From: Archangiaceae bacterium
Lineage (GTDB): Bacteria; Myxococcota; Myxococcia; Myxococcales; Myxococcaceae
Assembly: GCA_043750125.1 (NCBI GenBank)
Contig: JAYVCD010000173.1
Location: 1 to 23,074, forward strand
Direction: 5' to 3'
Length of the DNA: 23,074 nt
How positions within the stretch are numbered: position 1 is the stretch's first letter; every line of letters begins with the position of its first letter. Below, piece after piece: positions 15,172-23,074 of the stretch. Position numbers and translations under genes: made by a program. The notes beneath the pieces are model-generated. The model ran no database searches. It saw nothing but the letters and a program-made list of their open reading frames with translations, and was not told the DNA's origin.

Positions 15172-16182
15172 ATGAGCTCCCAAATGTACCAGCCGCATCG
15201 AGACCTGGCTGCGGCCATCGGAGTCACCCGCATCGCTCGCCTTACCGGGCTCGACCGCACCGGAATCGAGGTCGCTTCCGCAATGCGCCCCGGCGGACAC
15301 ATTCTTCAAGTCAGCAACGGCAAAGGCCGCGACTGGGAAAGCGCAGCCCGGGGATCCGTACACGAAGCCGCCGAGCTGTGGGCCGCCGAGCAGGCCCTGC
15401 CCCAGGTGCTCGACGCCTCGATGGACGAGCTCGACGACGCGTTGCCCGCGCAATGGTTCGGGGGGCAAGCCACCGGCACCCTGCGAACCCCGTGGGTGCG
15501 GGCGCAGCGGCTCGACCGAAGAGGGCAGCTCTGGGTCCCGGCCAGCGCAGTGACGTGTCCCCCCGTCGGGGCGGGCTTGCGAGCCACACCCTGGACGTCG
15601 AATGCGATGGGCGCCCATCGCCATCTGGGCGGCGCGCTGCTCCACGCCGTCTACGAGGCCTGGGAACGCGAAGCGCTGGCCCGGGTACTGCCCGAGGGTT
15701 GGCGACCGCGCGAATTTCACCGCCGAAGGCTTCCCTGGCCCGCCGATGTCTTTGCAGGCTTCGAGCTGGCCGTGTTTGATCTCACTCCGAAAGAAGCCCT
15801 GGCGCCCGTCGCCGGAGCGCTGCTTCGAGACCTCGAAGGTTCCCCCGTTTCGCTCACCGCCGGCTACGCGGCTCGCCCGACGCTGGGCGAGGCTGCGGAA
15901 GCCGCGGTGCTCGAGGCGGCGCAATCGCGGCAGACCGAAATCCAGGCGGCCCGGGAAGACGTAGTCCTCGCCCGCGCACTCGACGTCGAGAGGTTGTGGA
16001 CCGAGGTGCGCAAGGCCCGGCTCTCGCGCCGCTCGGCCCGGCGCGGTCCGTTCACGGCGACCGGGCTGGCAAAGAAATTCGCTTCCCCCGTCGTCTTCGT
16101 CGAGCTCGCGCCCGGCCGGCTGCCGATTCGAGTGGTGAAGGTCCTCGTTCCCGGATTTCGGGTCTCCGAGCTGCTCCAGTGA
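15172..16182 (+). CDS. ycaO: YcaO-family protein, TfuA-associated (thioamide-forming type)
   Basis: GVTRIARLTGLDRTGI, VSNGKG, EAAE, TSNAMG, EAWERE, LEAAQSR..IQAARED and C-terminal KVLVPG. No PxP tail. An in-frame TGA at 15136-15138 makes 15172 the earliest start. Confidence 0.9.
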   Translation: MSSQMYQPHRDLAAAIGVTRIARLTGLDRTGIEVASAMRPGGHILQVSNGKGRDWESAARGSVHEAAELWAAEQALPQVLDASMDELDDALPAQWFGGQATGTLRTPWVRAQRLDRRGQLWVPASAVTCPPVGAGLRATPWTSNAMGAHRHLGGALLHAVYEAWEREALARVLPEGWRPREFHRRRLPWPADVFAGFELAVFDLTPKEALAPVAGALLRDLEGSPVSLTAGYAARPTLGEAAEAAVLEAAQSRQTEIQAAREDVVLARALDVERLWTEVRKARLSRRSARRGPFTATGLAKKFASPVVFVELAPGRLPIRVVKVLVPGFRVSELLQ

Positions 16183-17201
16183 AGGCCCCCTGGGTCGCGT
16201 TCGTCGGGCCGACACTCTCGTTCGGCGAAGCAAGAAAGTTTGGCTGCGAAGTCCGAGGGCCCGCGCGCCAGGGCGATGTGTGGCGAGCCCTGGTGAACCG
16301 GCCCAAAGCGCTCGTGTTGATCGACGGGGTCTTCGAGTCACAGCCGTCGGTGTGGCATCACGAGTTGCGGGCAGCGCTGGCTTCCGGAGTCGCCGTGTTC
16401 GGCGCCTCGAGCATGGGAGCACTGCGGGCCGCCGAGCTGTGGCGGGAAGGCATGGTCGGCATCGGGCAAATCTTTCGCAGCTACCGCGACGGGGTCCGCA
16501 TCGACGACGCCGATGTCGCCCTGCTCCACGCTGACGCCGAGCACGCGTTCAAGCCCCTGACTCTTCCCCAGGTGAACGTCGACCACGCCCTCGCATTGGC
16601 TCGCGCCCAGAAGGTCTTGACCGGCCCGCAGGCCCGACAGATAGCCACCGCGTCCGCGATGACCCACTACCAGCAGCGCACCTGGCCCGGCCTCGTCGGC
16701 ACGCTGGCCCCTGCCGTGCGACTTCGCTTCCAGCATTGGCTTGCGAAGACCGACCTCGACCTGAAAGCAGCCGACGCGCGCGAATGCCTGACCGCAGCAG
16801 CCGAGCTGATGGGCTCCCACGCTCCGGCCCCCGTGCCCCACGCCTGCGCTGCTTCCTCGCACGTGCGGCGCCGGCGACTGGTCGATGCGGTGCCAGGCGC
16901 GCTTCAACGGGCTCAGGCCTCTGCTGATGCTGAAGCCCTCGCCGACGCGGGAACCCGGCGTCGCCTCCTCGCCGGCTGGGCCCGCTCGATGGGAATTCGA
17001 CCCGACCCGACCCGGGTCGAGCGCTGGCTGAAGACGGTGCCCCTCACCGGAATCGCGCCCGATGAGGCCGTCGGCCTCGCCGAAGACCTGGCCCTGGAAG
17101 AAGAATTGCTTCGTTCCCCTGAGCAATGGTTGGCAGACGGGCCCACGCGGTTAGAAGGTCTGGCAGACCAGGCCCGGCTCCTCGGCCGCTGGAAAAAGTG
17201 A
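16179..17201 (+). CDS. tfuA: TfuA-like protein with C-terminal extension
   Basis: FVGPTL, PARQGD, IDGVF...SVWHHEL, GASSMGALRAAEL, GMVGIG, DDADVALLH and DLKAADA. GTGA overlap with the ycaO stop; start moved from 15996. Confidence 0.92.
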   Translation: MKAPWVAFVGPTLSFGEARKFGCEVRGPARQGDVWRALVNRPKALVLIDGVFESQPSVWHHELRAALASGVAVFGASSMGALRAAELWREGMVGIGQIFRSYRDGVRIDDADVALLHADAEHAFKPLTLPQVNVDHALALARAQKVLTGPQARQIATASAMTHYQQRTWPGLVGTLAPAVRLRFQHWLAKTDLDLKAADARECLTAAAELMGSHAPAPVPHACAASSHVRRRRLVDAVPGALQRAQASADAEALADAGTRRRLLAGWARSMGIRPDPTRVERWLKTVPLTGIAPDEAVGLAEDLALEEELLRSPEQWLADGPTRLEGLADQARLLGRWKK

Positions 17202-18127
17202 TGCGAATCGTCTCCTACAACGTTCGTTATTTCGGGCACGCGCTCAAGGGCCTCGCCAGCACCGCAGGGGCCAAGACCCGGATTTCTCGCGCCGTCGCTT
17301 CTCTGCGCGAGCTTCCCGACGTGGTGTGTCTGCAGGAAGTCGAGACCCGTTCCCTGCGCAGCGGCCTGGCCCACCGAGGGGGGCATGCGGTCGAGACCCA
17401 GCTCGAAGCGTTCATGCGCCACCTTCGCGCGCGCTTGCGCAGCGAAGGAATTCAATCGGCCTACCAGGCCTGGTACTTCCCCGCGCACACCTACGGGTTG
17501 GGGAAGGTGAAGCTCTACACCACCGGTCTGGCGATGTTGGTGAACACCGAAAACCTGGCGGTGATCGCGGGAAACCACGAGTCCCCCCACGGCGTGACCC
17601 ACTACGGCGAGAACACCCTGCGCAGCGCAAAGCAGACGCGAATCGTCGCCCACCTGCACCTCGAAGATCCTCACGGAAAAAAGTTTCATCTCTTCAACAC
17701 CCACTTGAGCCTGCCTTCGCCGTTCACCCGGGAATTCTGGAAGCAGAAGATCAAGATGGGCCACGGCAAGAACCAGCTCGCCGAAGCGAAGATCCTCACC
17801 GACTACCTCGCTGTCAAAAGCGGAAACGAGCCGTACCTGCTGGGCGGCGACTTCAATTCCGCGCCCGATTCACCCGTCTATCGACACCTGGTTCAAGAGG
17901 CGAAGCTGCGCGGCGCTCAAGAAGTCCTGGGCCAGATTGATCCCAGAAATCCCAAAGGTTTTTCCACCGCCGGGTTCATGAACATCCGAATGCACCTCGA
18001 CCATCTGTTTGGCTGCGGGGTGCACTGGCAAGATCTCGACGACACCTGTTCCTTCGGAACCGAGAACGGAAAGTTCCACGGAATGTCGGATCACGTGCCG
18101 CTGATCGCGCGCTTCGACATCGGCTGA
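17201..18127 (+). CDS. Endonuclease/exonuclease/phosphatase (EEP) family protein
   Basis: MRIVSYNV, PDVVCLQEV, FNTHL, GGDFNS, LDHLF and SDHVPL. TGATG overlap with tfuA. Confidence 0.92.
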   Translation: MRIVSYNVRYFGHALKGLASTAGAKTRISRAVASLRELPDVVCLQEVETRSLRSGLAHRGGHAVETQLEAFMRHLRARLRSEGIQSAYQAWYFPAHTYGLGKVKLYTTGLAMLVNTENLAVIAGNHESPHGVTHYGENTLRSAKQTRIVAHLHLEDPHGKKFHLFNTHLSLPSPFTREFWKQKIKMGHGKNQLAEAKILTDYLAVKSGNEPYLLGGDFNSAPDSPVYRHLVQEAKLRGAQEVLGQIDPRNPKGFSTAGFMNIRMHLDHLFGCGVHWQDLDDTCSFGTENGKFHGMSDHVPLIARFDIG

Positions 18128-19233
18128 CGCCGCCGCAAGTCGAACAGCTCGTACTTCGAAGGGTCGACGTGGTTCATCCCTCCGTCGAGGAAGATCATCG
18201 CGTCGCCGTCTTCGCACCCCAGGTCGTAGTGCACCGCCTCGCCTTCGAGCTTCAGGCTCCGGATTCGCCCGTAGACGAAGGGACCCGGCTTCGCCCAGTC
18301 ACCCAACAACTCGCGGCACTTCTTGTCGCTGATGTGTCCGACCGCCTGGCAAAACCAGCCGGGAAGGGTGCGTGGGTCGTAGCGGCGCTCGGCTCGGGTG
18401 ACCGCCTTCACACTCGGGTTGGCCGGGCGGTGGAATAAAATCCCCTTCGCCTCGCCGTCTTTCGCCGAGCCCAGCTCATGCAACGGGGCCAGGTCCAACG
18501 GGCCCTCGCCGTTCCAACGCTCGACCCGCTCGTCGACGAAACCGTTGACGGCCGCAGCAGTGGTGAACGCGTCGCGCCGCATCACGTCCAGCGACTGCAG
18601 CTCGGCGGTCGTCAGGCCTGCGTGCATCAACAACAAGTCGGCCGCGGGGGCGATCGCCAGCCGGGCCCGCTTTTCTTTCAGCAGCCTGCGCACCAGCACC
18701 CGCTGCGCCACCTCGAAGCAGGAAAAGTCCCGGGCCAGACTCTCGGCCTTCGGCCCCCTCGGGCAGCGCTGCAGCAATGCGGCCTCAAGGGCTGCGTCGA
18801 CCTGTCCTCCCCGGTATGCGGCGTCGGCTTCCGCGCGCGCCTCCCCAAAGCTTTCATCGCTGAAATCTGCCAGCTCGCCGACCCGCACCAGGTCGTGGTT
18901 TCCCAGCACGATCTGCACCTGGTCCCGGGGGTGCGCGGCCAGCCAGGAAAGAATCGCCGAACCTTCCAGCGTCGCCTGCGCCCGCTGCTCAGGGGGGCCC
19001 CAATCGAAGTGATCTCCCATCGAGACCAGGCCCACTTCGCTCTTGAGCCGACCCTCGTCTCCCAACAGCTGATGCTGCTCGAGCACCGCGAGGAAGGTAT
19101 TCAGCGGCGCCTGGGGGTCTCCCACCGCCACGCTCACCAGGCGCACTTTTCCATCCTCGGGCGCCAGCACCAGGTGCCGGCGATCTTCGAGCGCTCGTTG
19201 GCGCGCCGCAGCGATCCGAGGGTTGAGATCCAT
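18091..19233 (-). CDS. Calcineurin-like metallophosphoesterase (variant first motif)
   Basis: GDPQA, GDHFDWG, GNHD, LMHAG and AVGH occur in the expected order. Start is ATG 19233; the longer track ORF overlaps the TauE gene. Confidence 0.82.
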   Translation of the reverse strand: MDLNPRIAAARQRALEDRRHLVLAPEDGKVRLVSVAVGDPQAPLNTFLAVLEQHQLLGDEGRLKSEVGLVSMGDHFDWGPPEQRAQATLEGSAILSWLAAHPRDQVQIVLGNHDLVRVGELADFSDESFGEARAEADAAYRGGQVDAALEAALLQRCPRGPKAESLARDFSCFEVAQRVLVRRLLKEKRARLAIAPAADLLLMHAGLTTAELQSLDVMRRDAFTTAAAVNGFVDERVERWNGEGPLDLAPLHELGSAKDGEAKGILFHRPANPSVKAVTRAERRYDPRTLPGWFCQAVGHISDKKCRELLGDWAKPGPFVYGRIRSLKLEGEAVHYDLGCEDGDAMIFLDGGMNHVDPSKYELFDLRRRQPMSKRAISGT

Positions 19234-19240
19234 GCGGTCA

Positions 19241-19246
19241 TTTATA
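19241..19246 (-). promoter_or_regulatory. Putative -10 element (TATAAA) for the metallophosphoesterase gene
   Basis: 5/6 match to TATAAT, 7 nt upstream of ATG 19233. It is the only AT-rich patch in the 42-bp divergent gap. Confidence 0.4.
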
Positions 19247-19275
19247 GCGAGCGCCCCTGTGATACGCGCCTGCGG

Positions 19276-20031
19276 ATGGATGCCGGGCAAGCCGCGCTGC
19301 TCTTTTGCGCAGCCGTCGCAGGAGGAGCGCTCAACAGCGTGGCCGGCGGCGGAAGCTTCCTCACGTTCGCCGCGCTGGTCTTCACCCACGCCAACTCGAT
19401 CACCGCCAACGCCACCGGCACGATTGCGCTTTGGCCCGGTGCGCTGGCCAGCGCGGTCGGCTACCGAGAAGAGCTGCGGGCCGAAGCGGCCAACCTCAAG
19501 TTTCTTGCAGCCATTAGCGTGGCGGGGGGCCTGATCGGTTCGGTCACGTTGATCGCGACCCCCACCCGGGTCTTCGACGCGCTCCTCCCATTCTTGATGG
19601 GGGTGGCCAGCCTGGTCTTCACGTTCGGAGATCGCCTTCGAACTCGACTCGCTTCGAAGGTCGCCTCCCGAAGCGCGGTGGCGATCGTTCAATTCTTGAT
19701 CTCGATCTACGGCGGCTATTTCGGCGGAGGCATGGGGTTGATGATGCTCGCCGCCTTCACGTTTCTGGGCATGACCCAGCTGCACCGGATGAACGCGCTG
19801 AAGTCCTCGTTGGGCGTGCTGATCAACGGGGTCGCGGTCGCGGTCTTCGTCCTGACTGGAAAGATCGCCTGGGCCCCTGCCTCGGTGATGATCGTCGGCG
19901 CGGTGCTGGGGGGCTTCGGCGCGGCCAGACTCGCGCGACGGGTCGAGCCCGCGAAAGTCCGACCGGTGGTCATCGCCGTCGGCTGGGGAATGACTGCCGC
20001 CTTCTTCTGGCGGCAGTTCGGGCCCGGTTAG
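19276..20031 (+). CDS. Sulfite exporter TauE/SafE (TSUP) family membrane protein
   Basis: GALNSVAGGGSFLTF, ANAT.TIALWPG, YGGYFGGGMG, NALK and GAVLGGFGAA. Start moved to ATG 19276. Confidence 0.92.
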   Translation: MDAGQAALLFCAAVAGGALNSVAGGGSFLTFAALVFTHANSITANATGTIALWPGALASAVGYREELRAEAANLKFLAAISVAGGLIGSVTLIATPTRVFDALLPFLMGVASLVFTFGDRLRTRLASKVASRSAVAIVQFLISIYGGYFGGGMGLMMLAAFTFLGMTQLHRMNALKSSLGVLINGVAVAVFVLTGKIAWAPASVMIVGAVLGGFGAARLARRVEPAKVRPVVIAVGWGMTAAFFWRQFGPG

Positions 20032-21827
20032 CCTTCCATTCCGCCGGCGTAGAACCCGTCGAGCACTTCCTTGTACCGGGCCTCGACCACCTTTCGCTTC
20101 ACCTTCTGGCTCGGGGTCAGCTCGCCGTTTTCGAGGGTCAGATCCTGGGGAAGGATCGCGAACTTCTTCACCTGGGAATAGTTGGCGATGCTGGCGTTGA
20201 GCTGATCAAACGCGGGCTTGAGCAGCGCGTGCACCTTCGGGTCCTTGACGATCTCGGCGTAGTTTCCTCCGACCCCATTCGCTTTGGCCCACGAAGTGAT
20301 CGCTTCGGAATCGACCGCCACCAGCGCGGTACAGAAGTTCCGGTTGTTGCCATGCACCAGCACGTTGCTGATGTAGGGCGAGAGGATCTTCAGCTTGCCC
20401 TCGAGCTCCTGGGGCGCGACGTACTTGCCGACCGAGGTCTTGATCAGATCTTTCTTCCGATCGGTGATTCGCAGGTTTCCTTTGTCGTCGAGCTCTCCGA
20501 TGTCGCCGGTGTAGAGCCAGCCGTCCTTGATCGTCTCTGCCGTCGCCTCGGCCAGGTTGTGGTACCCGCGCATCACTCCGCGGCCCCGAATGAGGATCTC
20601 TCCGTCGGCCGCAATCTTCACTTCGGTCCCCGGAGCCGGCGGGCCCACCGTTCCGAACTTGTAGCTGTTGGGACGGGTGACGAACGAAAACGCGCTCGTC
20701 TCGGTCAGGCCGTAGCCTTCGAGAATCAAGATGTCGCAGGCGTGGAAGAACTCGGCCATCTCTCGCGACAGCGCTGCACTGCCCGAGACGAAATACCGCA
20801 GCTGTCCTCCGAAGCGCGCCTTGAGCTTGGAAAATACCAGCTTGTCCGCGACCTTGTTCTGCAGCCCCAACAGCCCCCCAATCGGCTGTCGCGCCTGCTT
20901 CCGCTTGCTGACTTCGCGGCCCACACCCAGCGCCCACTGAAAGATTTTGTACTTCATTCCCCCGCCGGCCTTCGCCCCGCCCACGACCTTGTTGTAGACC
21001 TTCTCGAAAATTCGCGGCACCGCGGCCACGAACGTCGGCTTGATCAGCGCCAGGTTCTCGACCAGCTTGTCCACCCGACCGTCGACCGCGGTCTGAAAGC
21101 CAATCTTCAGCTGCGCCACTTCGAGCACCTTGCCGAAGCTGTGGGCCAACGGCAGCCAGAGGTACTGCAAGTCGTCGGGCCGAAGAATCTGCAGCTCGTC
21201 GATCGCCTCAGCTTCGTAGACCCAGCAGTCGTGGGTGAGCTCGACGCCCTTGGGCCGACCGGTCGTGCCCGAGGTGTAGATCAGGGTCGCCAGCGAATCG
21301 CCCTTCACCGACTTGCCGATCTCTTCCCATTCGGCGGCCGAACCACTGCGTCCCTTCTCGAGCAGCTCAGCCCAGCCGATCACCCACCCGTCATGGCCGC
21401 TTTTGCCCTCGAGGCTGATCACCTTGCGGACCTTCGACAGACTCGCCTTCTGCGAGAGCAGCTTCGCAATCTGCTCTTCGTTCTCGGCGATCACGAACGC
21501 GGTGTTCGAGTCTTGAATGATGTAGCCGCAGTCGTCGGGCGTGCTCGACGGGTAGATGGTCGTCGTCGCGCCCCCCGCGCACAGAATGCCCAGGTCCGCA
21601 CAAATCCATTCGTAGCGGGTGCCGGCGAGAATCGCGACCCGCTCTTCGTTCTTCAGGCCCAGCGCGCGAAGCCCCATCGAGATTTCGCGAACAGTGACGC
21701 CAAAGTCTTTCCAAGACACCGCCTTCCAGGATCCACCCTCGACGAACGAATACGCGGTGCCCCCGGGGGTCGCGTTGATTCGAAAGTGGAGAAGATCGGG
21801 AACGGTTTTGAAGGTCTGACCGGCCAA
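20028..21827 (-). CDS. fadD: Long-chain fatty acid--CoA ligase (AMP-dependent synthetase)
   Basis: IYTSGTTGRPKGV, LPLAH, VPRIFEK, EGYGLTET, GWLYTGDIG, ITDRKKDLIKT and LTPSQKVKR. TTG at 21827 is preceded by AGGAGG at 5-nt spacing, which is a better start than 21884. Confidence 0.92.
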   Translation of the reverse strand: MAGQTFKTVPDLLHFRINATPGGTAYSFVEGGSWKAVSWKDFGVTVREISMGLRALGLKNEERVAILAGTRYEWICADLGILCAGGATTTIYPSSTPDDCGYIIQDSNTAFVIAENEEQIAKLLSQKASLSKVRKVISLEGKSGHDGWVIGWAELLEKGRSGSAAEWEEIGKSVKGDSLATLIYTSGTTGRPKGVELTHDCWVYEAEAIDELQILRPDDLQYLWLPLAHSFGKVLEVAQLKIGFQTAVDGRVDKLVENLALIKPTFVAAVPRIFEKVYNKVVGGAKAGGGMKYKIFQWALGVGREVSKRKQARQPIGGLLGLQNKVADKLVFSKLKARFGGQLRYFVSGSAALSREMAEFFHACDILILEGYGLTETSAFSFVTRPNSYKFGTVGPPAPGTEVKIAADGEILIRGRGVMRGYHNLAEATAETIKDGWLYTGDIGELDDKGNLRITDRKKDLIKTSVGKYVAPQELEGKLKILSPYISNVLVHGNNRNFCTALVAVDSEAITSWAKANGVGGNYAEIVKDPKVHALLKPAFDQLNASIANYSQVKKFAILPQDLTLENGELTPSQKVKRKVVEARYKEVLDGFYAGGMEG

Positions 21828-21893
21828 GAATGCCTCCTGCTGCAAGGAAAAAACGACCGACCTTTGCGGAGGACCCCAGCGCAATCAACCGAT

Positions 21894-21930
21894 AAAAGAA
21901 AAGGCGACCCTCTGTCGAAAGAAGGTCGCC
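21894..21930 (-). terminator. Intrinsic (Rho-independent) terminator downstream of fusA
   Basis: Minus-strand RNA GGCGACCUUCU-UUCGAC-AGAGGGUCGCC forms an 11-bp stem (one G-U pair) followed by UUUUCUUUU, about 30 nt after the fusA stop. Confidence 0.88.
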
Positions 21931-21960
21931 CGGAAAGGACCCGCGGTGAAGGCGAACCGC

Positions 21961-23074
21961 CTACTTGCGGGCGGCCGCTTCGACGGCCTGCTTCTCTTTG
22001 TACTTCTTGATCATGTCTTCCTGTTCCGCCTTCGGAACGGCCGAGTAGCGGGCGAACTCCATCGTGAACTCGCCCTTGCCCTGCGTGGCTGACCGAAGGT
22101 CAGTCGAGTAACCGAACATGTTGTTCAGCGGCACTTCGGCCACCGCGGTGAGGTAACCCTCGGCGTTCGAGGTCTCGAGGATGGTGCCGCGGCGCTGATT
22201 AAGCTGACCTACGACCGAACCCTGGAACTCTTCCGGAGCCGTGACTTCGACCTTCATCACCGGCTCGAGAATCACCGGCTTGGCCGCCGCATAGCCTTCG
22301 CGGAAGCCCATCAAAGCCGCAGTCTTGAACGCCATTTCGGACGAGTCTACGTCGTGGGACGCACCGTCGTTGATGACGCAGCGAACGCCCCAGATCGGAA
22401 AGCCAATCAGCGAGCCCTTCTCGACCGCCATCTTGAAGCCCTTGTCGCACGCGGGAATGAACTCGCGGGGAATCGCGCCGCCCGTCACGTCGTCGACGAA
22501 CTCGTAGGTCTCGACCGAGTCCGCCGGAAGCGGCTCGAGGTACCCACAGACCCGCGCAAACTGGCCAGAGCCGCCGGTCTGCTTCTTGTGGGTGTAATAG
22601 AACTCGCCCTTCTGGGTGATGGTCTCGCGGTAGGCCACCTGCGGCTTGCCGGCTTTGACCTCGCACTGGTACTCGCGCTTCATCCGCTCGATGTAGATTT
22701 CGAGGTGAAGCTCGCCCATGCCGCTGATGATCGTCTGGGCGGACTCTTCGTCGCGGTGCACGCGGAAGGTCGGGTCTTCCTTGGTAAATCGGTTGAGCGC
22801 CTTCGAGAAGTTCGCCGTCGCGGCGCGTTCCTTCGGCTCGACCGCCAGCGAGATCACCGCGTCAGCGACGTGCATCGATGTCATCGTGACCGAGATGTCG
22901 CCGTCGGTGAACGTGTCACCCGAGGCGCACTCGACCCCGAACAGCGCGACGATGTCGCCGGCATACGCCGTCTGAATGTCGTTCATCTCGTTGCTGTGCA
23001 TGCGCACGATGCGGGGGATCTTCAGCCGCTTGTTCTCGCGGCTGCAGTTGACGATGAAGTCGCCCTTGCTGATC
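21961..23074 (-). CDS. fusA: Elongation factor G, 5'-truncated by the window edge
   Basis: EDPTF, ISGMGELHLEI, GKPQVAYRETI, KKQTGGSGQF, DGASHDVDSSEMAF, ILEP.MKVEV and GYSTDLRSATQGKG. The frame stays open to the window end (ISKGDFIVNCSRENKRLKIPRIV). Confidence 0.97.
   Translation of the reverse strand, partial: ISKGDFIVNCSRENKRLKIPRIVRMHSNEMNDIQTAYAGDIVALFGVECASGDTFTDGDISVTMTSMHVADAVISLAVEPKERAATANFSKALNRFTKEDPTFRVHRDEESAQTIISGMGELHLEIYIERMKREYQCEVKAGKPQVAYRETITQKGEFYYTHKKQTGGSGQFARVCGYLEPLPADSVETYEFVDDVTGGAIPREFIPACDKGFKMAVEKGSLIGFPIWGVRCVINDGASHDVDSSEMAFKTAALMGFREGYAAAKPVILEPVMKVEVTAPEEFQGSVVGQLNQRRGTILETSNAEGYLTAVAEVPLNNMFGYSTDLRSATQGKGEFTMEFARYSAVPKAEQEDMIKKYKEKQAVEAAARK

Noticed and set aside
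15151-16422. 423-aa minus-strand ORF whose stop overlaps the nucleotidyltransferase ATG (ATGA)
   Set aside because: It looks like translational coupling but lies fully antisense to well-supported ycaO/tfuA and has no motifs; treated as coincidence.
18478-19785. Apparent long N-terminal extensions of the TauE ORF (from 18478) and the phosphoesterase ORF (from 19785)
   Set aside because: Each is the antisense shadow of the other gene. The real starts are 19276 and 19233.
21853-21890. Possible fadD promoter (TTGATT-N17-AAAGGT on the minus strand)
   Set aside because: Spacing fits but the -10 match is poor; too weak to report as a feature.
20229-22010. 593-aa plus-strand ORF
   Set aside because: Antisense shadow of fadD.
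1-23074. CRISPR arrays, tRNA/rRNA, IS elements, prophage and defence genes
   Set aside because: I saw no regularly spaced repeats, RNA-gene signatures, or transposase or integrase motifs. Intergenic gaps are at most about 160 bp.

Overview
High-GC, very gene-dense bacterial window, most consistent with Myxococcota. This is inferred from the mitochondrial-EF-G1-like fusA, the FHA-membrane protein, the Tad minor-pilin cassette and the tandem PilT paralogues. No rRNA, tRNA, CRISPR array or mobile element was seen. From left to right it contains: the 3' end of an unknown gene; an ICL/PEP-mutase family gene and an ABCB-type half transporter (-); two translationally coupled PilT-family ATPases, the first with an MshEN-like N-terminus (+); a DUF1624/HGSNAT-like membrane protein (-); an 88-aa orphan (+); and an alpha/beta hydrolase (-). 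Next come an FHA-TM protein and a stand-alone Tad/Flp pilin cassette (TadE-like, TadG-like, TadE-like, unknown, secreted 4xCX3C mini-protein, Flp-like pilin, membrane protein) that resembles the minor-pilin 'tip' clusters of the myxobacterial Kil predation pilus. These are followed by a MocA-like nucleotidyltransferase (-) back-to-back with a coupled ycaO-tfuA-EEP operon that has no obvious precursor peptide. The window ends with a variant metallophosphoesterase (-), a TauE/SafE transporter (+), a long-chain acyl-CoA ligase (-) and the 3' part of an EF-G gene with its terminator (-). The best candidates for undescribed biology are the precursor-less ycaO-tfuA-EEP module, the pilin cassette with its disulfide-rich mini-protein, and the MshEN-PilT fusion. 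All family calls come from motif recognition by eye; no searches were run.
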